64,000 nt of DNA from Tubulanus polymorphus (taxonomy: Eukaryota; Animalia; Nemertea), in assembly GCF_964204645.1 (NCBI RefSeq), contig NC_134030.1:2646778-2710777 (forward strand), given 5' to 3'. Each line of letters starts with the position of its first letter. Within the stretch, counting starts at the first letter, position 1. Position numbers and translations under genes: made by a program. Below are positions 39,601 to 50,900 of this stretch, in pieces. The notes under the pieces are model-generated. The model was not told where the DNA came from. It saw nothing but the letters and a program-made list of their open reading frames with translations, and did no database searches.

Positions 39601-41031
39601 ATTCATTTCTATTACGTTGTCAACAAACAACCCAGACTGGCGAGAGTGGAATGCTATTGAAATAGCGAATTGATTGAAATAGCTCTATTGATCGCTGAAA
39701 AGTTGTATGGGAGTTCCATGTATAGTTACGCGGGGAAAACCCCGGTGATCAATAGACGTAATTGAAAGCTCTAATCAAAACAACTGACAATATCATACTC
39801 ATATATGAAATGCACGTAAATGATTTTTAAACTGATAAAATGAAAGGAAAGGTTCAATTGAAATTACTCTAGCTTCGTTAACGCTTCGTTAAAACCAGTT
39901 TTTCGTTTTAACGCATCGTTAAAACGAAATTTTGGTTTTAACGCTACGTTAAAACCAGTTTTTCGTTTTCTCTCTGGCATCCTTCCGTCTAAGGCGCAGC
40001 GCTGGAACATCTTCTATATCTAGTGTGACTAAGGAGTCGAAAAGCAGTCGCGGTTGCATTGACAGCATATGACGGCGGAGGGAGTTCTGGTTCTGCTGCT
40101 CTAGCTTTCCTACGGATGCGCTTGGTTGTGACAGCCTCTCTGACAGATCTGGTATGTTCGGCATCACGAACACCCGCTGCCACAGCTCTAGCCCATACCA
40201 TCACGATCATCAGCAAGGCTTTTCCAAGCGCTAGGGTTAACGCATCGTTAAAAGCAACTTTTCGTTTAACGCCACGTTAAAATCAGATTTTCGTTTTAAC
40301 GTGGCGTTAAAAACGAAAAAGACTACGCTAAAAGCAAATTTTTGCGTGGTTTCGTTTTAAACGCCACGTTGAAACCAACTTTGATAGAGTTGCGATAAAA
40401 AGAAAGTACCACGTTAAAACGAGAAACTGGTTTTAACGCCACGTTAAAATGAAAAATTGGTTTTAACGATGCCTTTAAACGAAAAGTTGGTTTGTATAAG
40501 GATGCGTTAAAACGAAAAACTAGTCTTAACGTGGCGTTAAAATTAAAAATGAAGAATGAGAAAAAAATTGGTGTGAACCGAGTGTCATTTTATTTCGCTT
40601 TTTTCAATGTGGTCCGAATCAGCCACAGTATATATATTAAGCCAATCATGCGGTAGATTCGCTACACATCTGTTTGGCTAGATATATAGCAGCTACCTGT
40701 CCGGCATAAAAATCTTAAACAATTTAATACACCAATGAAAGGCAAGCGAGGGAGGGTGAGGAGGAGAGCTGTGGCTGTGGAACTAACAGCACTAATATAC
40801 TCAGCTCAGATTACGACCACCGATTCACACAAACTCTTCAGCCAGTACGTGTAATAACAAATAAATTAGAACAGAATAAGAGAAAATTAATGAAAAACCA
40901 TTAATGAGAGACCGCTTACCTGATGAATTCGGGTAGAAAACCAGCATCATCAGCAGAGCAGCAGCAACAGCCGCTGCATTAGCAGCTGCCGTTTTTTTCA
41001 TCGCCCACGGTTTTACAGATCGAATAATCAT
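36652..41031 (-). CDS. Ig-like single-pass membrane receptor, copy 3 (344 aa, short basic tail)
   Basis: Exons 41031-40920, 39283-38870, 38619-38477, 38170-37993, 37219-37085, 36704-36652, with a possible 9-nt microexon at 39357-39349. Confidence 0.82.
39874..40545. repeat. ~29-bp periodic palindromic repeat array (TTTTAACGnnnCGTTAAAA) enclosing a unique ~270-bp core
   Basis: 3 units at 39877-39958, ~11 units at 40236-40545, and a GC-richer core at 39970-40235; found only in copy 3 intron 1. Confidence 0.8.
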
Positions 41032-41915
41032 TTACACAAGACGAGCGCGTTTAATCCTTTACTTCAAACTGGAAGTTCACTGAAGACCTAAGTGTCAGGT
41101 ATGTCGCTTTCGCGACCTCTAACACTAAGTCGCGGAAGCCATACGCGGTGATTTTAAATTCGTTTAAATTCACCTCTAATTATATCATCACTACTCACAG
41201 AAGCGGTACTAAAACATTTCTAGAGACAATTTTCAGCCACTTCGTGAACTTCAAATATATTCTTGGGAGTGTAAACAATGAAAAGATAACTGATGAGAAT
41301 TTCGACGTAAAATAACGCCCACGAGTCTGGGTGGGTGGTCCGTGCTCTAGTACATGCGGCACACGGAGCACTCTCGCAGGACTTGGTGAAACTGGAAGTC
41401 TCATAAACGCGTCGTTACGGGGTGATGACGTGATAGGGTGTAGGCCTAAAATGTTAGTATGGGACAAGTTATATTTCTAAAAGGAAATATACTGCGACAG
41501 GTGGTTTTGCAAAGTCATTAAAGATTTAGATTAAAAGCCTCTAAGGATAAAATTCTTCCGATTATAGAGAAGTCATACAGAATGAATGAATTAATGAAGA
41601 TAACTTAAAAAATCGGAAGTATGAAAATAATAAACGAAACATATTGTTTATTTTAAAGTAAAATTATGGGTCCATTTAAAAAGAGCGCTATCAATTCACT
41701 ACTATCAGGATGTCTGCATTACGGGTCAATAAAGTGTTTTGATTTGATTTGATAGCGAATTGAATTGAATTGAATTGGTATGAGCGATATGGATGACATG
41801 AGGTGGATATTCTCGGAGCTACCCATTGTGGATAATTCCAACATTACGGACGCTGTTGAATGATCTTCAATCCTTAATCTTACCGTTCTCAACTCGTCGC
41901 TGGATTAGGCGGAGG

Positions 41916-44900
41916 ATGGCAGAGAGCCATAAGAATCCTCTTTATGAATGGGAACGCAAGAATCCAGTGCGAACTTATTCTAGAACCCAGGTTGTTGTCC
42001 ATGATTTTCATAATCATGATAATTGCATTGCACTTGCCGGCCAGACCTGGTCGATCGGTCCTCCCCGCTCGGCGCTCCATCCATCATCGTCATATTTTAT
42101 GATTTAGGTCTGTTTGCATAGTTTCCAGAACCTCTCATGGGTAAAAGTGCAGATCCGCACCTCTCGTGATTGACGCAATCTACTGAATGACAGAATCCAG
42201 GCTAAAATCTTTCTAGTGAAGATATCTTGAAATTGACCAATGGCAATGTATGAATTGCTGATGATATTTTGAAACAATGATATTTAATGTAATTGATTGA
42301 ACCGTTAATGCGGAGGTGCAGATCTGCCCTTTTCCCCTGTGATGTCATGGCCCAAGACCTATGAGTCATAGTGTGACAAGCTTCGCCTTGTTCTTCCACA
42401 CACAGGGGCTCATATCAGACACTGTCAGAGAGTTGGGGCTCGTATCAGAGTTGTAGGTGCTGTAAATACAAAGTGGCTATAAATATGGTGATATTTTAAT
42501 CATAGTGTCCATAGTGTATTTATTTTTTGTATATTATTGCTAATGTCTATTTCAACCTGACCTGAGAACATACCAGGACCAGGTGGCCTAGCTCAAGTCA
42601 GTTTCGATGGTACATACGTAATAAACGTCTTATTAGGATCAGAAAGCACTGGCAGTTGACCTAAAACATTGAGAAACCCTAGGGAAAGGATTAGATGTAT
42701 AATATTCAACCAATTATAGGTCTACCTTCGAACATCACAATTAGTCTGTTGCCAAAAGTTTAATTGAGTGGGCAGTTTCACAGTTCTGAGATTGATTCAT
42801 TGAAAATGAACTAATTTCAATCAAACTCACAGCTGTGGAACTGGATTCTGGTAACGATGCACTTACAATTGTGATTAGGCCTACAGCATTTATCTACGAA
42901 TTAACTCAACCCATTTTTAGGCAATTTGTCCCGGCAGGATTATTCACATCCAAACCACTTTTATTGGGATCAGTCGGTGCATCCAAATACTGAATTATTG
43001 CATGGTTTTCTATTACAGAGGGTCACCACAGACAATGATATCAGCAGTTGGTTAAAGGTGAATTGGAAATGTGAAAAAATTATCCTATATTCATAATCTT
43101 GATCAACCTATGGGGTAATAGAAACCTAATCTTTCGTCATTCTCATTAGAAAGTTGAAGATGCGTCAAATATTGCGACTGCTCAAGTGTTCGGAGTTGAA
43201 TATGGAAGCGGTGTTAAACTGACTGGTAAAGCTGCAGCTAGGATGACTTCAGATCATGTCAGACATCACGATGCTGCTTATTCAGAGGGTAAGCATTAAC
43301 CCTTTCAGTGCTGGCTAATTAATACCCTATAGTGCTGAAGATAATTTGAAAATTCTAAAAAATTTCATCCTAGTGTGTTTAATAACGGGAATACCACCAT
43401 AGTGCGTCTACACCGCGGTGCGGTGTATCGTTAGTTACTAATATTTCACTATGTTTGACTGGTGCTGCCATCTTTCAATAGAGATAATTAGTAATTACTA
43501 ATTGAATCAATACACCGCAGTGCGGTGTACTAGCAAAATCCATCACTGATTTATACACTGCACTGCGGTGTAGACGCACTGAAAGGGTTTAACGGGGAAT
43601 CTCAAACGCTACTCTGTGTCAATTGGGGATTACACTTCAGCGTGTCCAAAAACATGGCTGATGTTTAATTTGTAGACGCCGTTAATATGACAGGATTACT
43701 CCTATTCGCAAGCAGCTTCACTAGCTACCTATCAAAGCCAGGATTGATTTCAAGATCCTGTGTAATGTACATCGGTGCATCAATGGATCGGGTCCTTTAT
43801 ATTTAGTGAACTTACTGCGTGTCACTGAAGGTCGTACCAGATCTTGTTCTTCAAATTCACTGAGGATTAACCCTTTCAGTGCGTCTACACCGCAGTGCGG
43901 TGTACGAATCAGTGATGGATTCTGCTAGTACACTGCATTACTAGTTTTTATCTCTATTGAAAGATGGTAGCACCTGTCAAACATAGTGAAATACTAGTAA
44001 CTAACGATATACCGCGCCAGGGTGTAGACGCACTAAAGCGGTATTCCCGTTATTCAACACACTAGGGTGGAATTTTTCAGAATTTTCAAATTATCCATGA
44101 CCATGGGGTATTAATTAGTCAGCACTGAAAGGCTCAATGGCACCCGTACAAAATATGGCGATCTTGCTGGACCACGACTGTGGAACAGTCTTCCCCTAGA
44201 ACTCAAGTCAAAACCAGAAAGCTCTTTCCGAACCGAGTTTAAAACATTTTTGTTTAAAAAGCACAATCAGGAGACTACAGAGTTTATCGTGAGATTATTA
44301 TTACACCAATGACGAGTTCGTAATTTCTCTTACAGCTCAAGACTTATTGAATGAATGGATGAACGAGAAAGTGAATTTAGATTCTGGTTTAGATATCGAT
44401 GATGATTATTATGATTATAAATTCGAGCGTCCGACGAGAGCCGAGGTTCAGCGAGAATGGGATAATCTCGTAGATATCGATAATCTACCATTAAACCTGC
44501 CTAAACACGTCACTCATAAACGTAAGCGCTACTCACAAATAGTTCATCAATATCTCACGTGTCCACCCACCCATATAGGGCATTTAGAACTCTACTTGTT
44601 TTCTGGGCCTTGATCTTCATTCTCCGGGATCCAGTTCCCCAGTTGTGAGTTAAGATTTGACTCGGAGTTCACTGATCGAAAATGAACTGATTTTCACTCA
44701 GAACTGTAGAACTGGGACCGGGGGCTCCGCCTTTTACTTACTGACTGACTATTAGTGAGTGGAATTTGAAACTCTTTCCTTGTCCTGTCAAATCATCTGG
44801 ACCCAGTTCTGAGTTAAGATTTAACTCTGAGTTTAACTCATTGAAAATGAACTAGTTTTAACTCATGACTGTGCAACTGGATCCTGTTGCTGATTGAAAG

Positions 44901-47900
44901 TTCTGAGTTAACTTTTAACTCGTTCAACAGTTTTGAGCCAAGTTTGATGTAAAGAAGAGCTCAAATAGTGCGTTTCATGTGTTATATTAACTTAGATCCA
45001 AATCGTAAAGTCCAAAACTGTCGAACAATGTCCTTTGAAACTGTGTGTTGTGATCTGAATTTTTACTGTTTTTCTGATATGTATAGCTGCTGTTGAGTAT
45101 GATTTGATAAATCAAGATGAATCTGAAATCGTCGACACGATTCTTCACAACATGTTAAACAAACAAGTGATTAACGATGACGTCAAACGAGATCTCAGTC
45201 TAGAAAAACACAAACTGAACTCCATCGATCCTCGAACTAAAATGACTCTTAGACATCAACAGGTAATTATCAAAATATACTTTTATCCATTGAGATATGA
45301 TTCTCTAGACTTAGCCACGGTACGAAACCCTGCCACCCTAAACCGGTGCGCAGGTACACGTGTGGTACCAATCAAATTACTCATTGTATAATCACTGAGG
45401 CAAATTTCACAGATTGACTATAAATGGAAAAAGGATTGTTGATTGGCTTAAATAAAATAGTGACATCATCTAAACTGGGCATGTAGCTGCACACTGTCTT
45501 GGGTTAGTCAGGCGGGGTTTCGTACCGTGGCGAGTCTCGATGGCGTCAGTTTGAATCCCTGCCGAGGGTGGATGATATTGAAATACATGTATGAGATTTT
45601 GGTTTTTAACAAACCAACGAAGCGTCGGTGTGGTAATAATAATAGTAATAATAATTATTATATGTGTCTTATATAGCGCTAAATCCAGCCAGGCCGCTCA
45701 GAGCGCTTTACATTTTCGGTATTATTACCCCGGCCAATTTTATACTCAAACATGTATCAGTCATCTCTCCTTGGAGAGAAGTAACACCGAGCTGCTAACA
45801 AGCGCTCAGGGGCGTTAGAAGCAATTTTTGATTGCTGCGGCCAAATGCCGTTTTTGGACAGGTTCTAAATATTGTCGCCGTGGTTAATTTACTTAATTTC
45901 TTCAAAAATGTGGTATTCAAAGAAAAAAAAATTCATTCAGTAAATTATTGCCGTAGCTTTCGCTGCTGCAGTTGCTGCACTTTCAATGCCACTGAGGAGT
46001 CATCTATCAGGTCAGGTACCCATTTACTCCTGGGTGGAGAGAGGCAATGAGGATAGTGTCTTGCCCGAGGACACTACGGCAATGTACGGGGTTCGAACCC
46101 ACGACCTGGCTTTCCAGCCGAACGCTCTGACCACTCGGCCACAACTCTCCATGGAAACCAAGCGATAAAAAGAGACGATCTACCACTGGGCAAATTTTCA
46201 GGGCGATACGTCCAGTTACGACGACATTCAATTATTCTGTCAATTGTAGGTGAAAGAAAATCGTGAAAAACGAGAAAAAGAACTGGAACGAAAACGTCGC
46301 GAACAACAGCTGCAGAAAGAAGCGCGTTCTCAAGCGAAACGCATAGTTCTGAAAGAAGAGCAAGCGAAAGAGATGAAAAAGAAGAAAGAAGAAGAAGCGG
46401 TGCAGAAAGAAATGATGAAAATTCGTCGAGAAATGGACGAACAACGAAGACAAGAGGAAGAAGAACGTTTGAGGTGAACGATCGTTCCCACGTTTAGGGA
46501 AACTATTCGGTTTCTGGTTTGAAAATATTTGGGAATTCGATGAGTTTTGTTCTAATCTGTGTAAAATATTTTGGAAAATCATTTTGCAATTTACATAATA
46601 GCAAATACTGAATACGATATTCTTCAGCAAATTTTCTTGAAAATCACCTTTATCGATAAGTCACCAGCAGAATTTTGACATTCCGGTCGTATCGTGGTAT
46701 CTGTTAATTTTAAACGAAGGCCCCATTTCGATTTGGGAAAATTAGAAAATCGCTCGTGAAATACTTGAGGAAAACTAGGGAAATTTTGAATTCATTTACC
46801 ATAACTGAGGGAGCCGTCGACTTGAAGTGAATTCTGTTGAATTTTAGAAAACGTAAACAACAAGAAGAACTCGAAAATGAAGCTCGTTTGAAAGAAGAAC
46901 AATTACATTGGGAAGAACAGCAAAGAGAAATATTAGAGAGACGTCAAGCTGAAGAAAGACGACGTCAGGTTCTAAAACGTTTACATGAAATTGAAACCGA
47001 AAATGCCGCCAATAATTACAAGGTTAGAACTATTTCATGAGCTTAAGTTTGAAGTTGACAGTGTCTAAAAGATAATGACTTTCCCGAGGCTCCAAAAACC
47101 GACTGGTCGATACCTCGAGAGTTTCAGTGTAGGCAACATCCCGCTGGCAACTCCAGCTTACTGTACATGTTAAGGGATTGGAAAATTTATAATGTGGGTA
47201 TGGAAAAATGAAATTGGGAAACCCATAAAAACTCTGTGGACCTCAGCCTTAGAATATGTTGTTTTTTAATTGTTTTACTGTATGTTGGAAGTCGATGATG
47301 TATTTAAAGTTGATGCAGAAGTGTTTCTCGGTGTGGTACGGAGTCGTCCTGGAGAGGAGACGTCAGATCGGTAAAGCGCGAGCGATGTCCGACTGGAAAT
47401 GTCTGTTACGAGCGTGGAACGCGTGGAAAGCGTTCACGAGAGCGAGACACATCGATCGTGAGACTTTACAACACGAGGAATACCTACGTGAACAACACAG
47501 GTAAAATACCACCACCCTGTTACATGAGCAATATCTATATCCCACGACCCCTCGGAAAGGGCTTTATGGGTGCTTGCTTGAAACTCCTTTAATTTGAGCT
47601 AAACTCTTTCAATTTTGAGAAATAGACAATTAGATATGTTTGTCTAGTTTGTAGCTGTGCAGTAAACTGTGCCTAAATTTGTTTTTACCTGATTACGCGG
47701 TAGACAAATTATAAGAGACAAAGTTTAGTTAGTTTATAGGATAAAAATCTGCTTACAAAACCACCGAATAAATGGTTTTACTGAGATAAACACTACTGAT
47801 TTAGGAGGAGCCTGCAGTAATTGGAAAATTCCTCGAAATTTGAAATTTTCTCCTTTAAAAATCCTTTTATCCATGAATGACTGATCTGTAGAGACCCTGA

Positions 47901-50900
47901 TATCAAATTTGACAAATTGTTATGATAAATTGTTAGTCATTGTATCCAAAATTAGGCTAATTCTGCATCTAGAAAAAGCAGATGCAGACAATATTCATCT
48001 AATTCTGTATTCAAACGTTTTTGTGGTCGGAAAATTTCAGGAAATCTCAGTTAGCCTATCAGCATTACTGTTGGATGTTGATGAGGAAATGCGTCACCAG
48101 GTGGCAGGTATTCGTTCAGAGCGAACGACAGGAAAAATCAGTTCGTCTCGAGCAGAACTCGACGTGCTCAAAGATGTCCGCGTTTCTCGACGCTGCCGCA
48201 TCGGGCAAATTATGGGAAAAGAAGAATACACAAACACCTGATGAACGTAACACGATCGACTCGGCTCGACTTAAAGTTGTGAGTTAACACAAAAACTTAA
48301 ACTAGGCCCGGTGATTGACCTGGTAAACCTGGAAAACTCAGGGAATCAGAAAAATCTAGAGAAAATTGAATTTTACAAACTTTGCAAACATGGAATTTTA
48401 CAAACTTTACAAACATCCTGGAAAACTCAGGGAATCAGAAAAATCTAGAGAAAATTGAATTTTACAAACTTTGCAAACATGGAATTTTACAAACTTTGCA
48501 AACATCCTGAAAAACTCAGGGAATTTGGCTATGCTATATTGAACACGCATTTCTTTATCAATACATTTCTCTGATTCCATCAGCATTTTCTGTTATAACA
48601 TGGAATTTCAAATAAGCAGAAAGTGGCTACCCTCGTTAATTGATTAACTGGTCCTGTATCTGAGATTTTTCTTTGAATACACCTAAAAAAGTTCTCAAGT
48701 TCAAGATGAATGACCGAGTAATATGGTTCCTGTAATACTCTGAACGAGTTTGTTTCTAAACGCAGGATGAATTGTTTGAAAATGTTGATTCGCGACGGAA
48801 AGCAGCGGGAAGTGGTACGTTCCGTTCAGATTGTACGACGGATCGCTCGGAAAAGAGATTGCCGTGGAAGACTCCACCTGTGACTAAACCTAGAGAGGCA
48901 TGGCAGGTACAGGGCTAAATAGATAGTTCATAGATCCCCGTGCCACCAGCTATCCCACTAAAAAATAGTGCTTATTGACGGGAAAACTCAAAATCAAAAA
49001 TTAACTTTCATTTAGACCTTTTGAGGATCCCACATCAGCAAATTAGGCAAATCACATGTCTTCATAAACTGATATATGCATATATAAACATGTCTTCATA
49101 GATTGATCTTTAAAGAAAGAATTTGAGAAATTCTGAGTCTATTTCGATTGAAACTGTGAAGAAATCTGGGAATTGTTGGGTGTCCAAAAACATGAGCGAA
49201 CCTGGTTAATTGTGGATTGCCACAAGCCAATGTAGAATCCTCTTTATTACCCCACGTTCTAAAAATCTTAATAATTACAGGTCACGAGGAAACACGTTAA
49301 TCTTTCACCGGCTGAAATCACATCTATGACAGCTAATGGTCTCCCTGCAAGTCAAGGCAGCGGGGATAGTGCTGAGTCATCACCCAGCCATAAGAAGAAA
49401 CCCTGGGAAAAAACTCCGCCTGCTTTGAGCACATTTGAGAATCGTCATCAGGCTCAACAAAAGGTAAGTTTGAAAATGCTACGTTGAATAATCGTACTCC
49501 GTGCTCGGATTCACTGTTGAAATTGTGTCAATATTCTATAGATATTGAAAGAGCAGCAACAACAGTTGAAAGAACAAAAACGCCTCATCGAAGAACTACA
49601 ATATCTACAAAAACAACAATTCTTACAGCAGCAATTACACCAACAACAGTTACTGTCAAAACAGCTGACAACTGAAACACAACCGCAGAGTTTACAGGTA
49701 TCGTGAGAATGGGTTCAGATTCTAATTTCTCTTACGTACAAAGATGCTGAAAGTTTTACATTTATTTGTATACTTTAGGATATTCAGGTATTGATTAAGA
49801 ACCTTCAGAAAAACATTCAAATTCAAGAGCAGAAACTCGCGGCTGACGATAAAGGGCAGGAGACCGTCGAAGATTTAGAACCTGGTGTTGCCAGCAGTGG
49901 AGGAGAAACTGAAAGAACTTGTACAAGCGTGAAAAGTACGACGAGCAGTAAAACTTCAAAACACGACGAGTTCGTTAAAGGTACTCGAACTTCATACTCA
50001 GTAGACTCTCTTAACTCGAATGCGCTTTCAAGTCGATTTATCTCTTAACTCGAACAGAAATCTTACAACCATTCAACATAATATGAATTGAATTCCATTA
50101 TCGCCTTAAAAATCACTGGCCCCAAATGGTTTTGAGTAAGGAGTCCACTCAGGGGTGATCTGGGGGTCGTTTTGGGGTCTAAACCCCTGCCTTTGCATTG
50201 GTTGTCCTTTTATCAAGACAGAGGTTCTTTAAACTATCAATTTGACACTCGTCTTCTTCGAATTATCCTAGATCCATACTACATATCGGCTACTATATAT
50301 CGGGATATAGGTTGATGATTTGCATTCATTGTTTGATTTGTAGGAATGGAACAAAGAGCGGCGGAAAGAGCAAGAATCAAAGCTGAACGCGAGGAAAAGA
50401 AACGGAAAGCAGAAGAGGAAAAACTGGTGAGTACACGAGGACTAGCCGAGTGGTAACTGACCTGGAAAACCCGGGAAATTCAGGGAATTAGAAAAACGAT
50501 GAGGAAAAGGGGTCGAATTTAAGATTTGTAGAAACAGTTTATTTCCTAATGGTTTCGAGGTTAAAACTAAACCTCATCTTCAGAGGAACAAAAATACAAT
50601 GATACAGTCTGGAAAAATATGTTCCAGTCAGTTAGAAATAGAGTCAGGAAAAGGGGCTTGTGTTGTAAATTTCGTTTCGGTGATCGATGTGAAAATGGAT
50701 TATTTTAAGGCTCGTTTACAAGCCGAAGAGGAAGAACGACAACTGAAAATGGAGCAAGAGAAAAAAGCGAGGATCGAAGCTCGAAAAGAACAAAAACGAC
50801 TGGAAAAACAGGTAGGATTTCGGAGATCGTTGAGCGTGAATGAATCGGTATTTTTTTACCTCGAAAACCCAATGGAATCAAAACATTCGGAGGAAGAATC

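Larger units (their letters stand above)
15070..41442. repeat. Tandem segmental triplication (~8-9.5 kb units)
   Basis: Homologous blocks ~15070-24092, ~24360-33546 and ~33810-41442 share intergenic sequence (e.g. 16940/25974/34935 blocks), exons and introns. A junction segment at 24093-24360 is repeated at 33547-33810. Confidence 0.93.

Noticed and set aside
41884-42080. Minus-strand ORF and strong donor (ACG|GTAAG at 41884) as first exon for the 14-15 kb exons
   Set aside because: The ATG frame stops just before the donor, and the phase-1 frame has no start after an upstream stop. The region reads better as CCDC191 exon 1 on the plus strand.
46075-46150. tRNA gene
   Set aside because: A and B boxes are present but there is no complete cloverleaf, and the sequence continues into a SINE body and tail.
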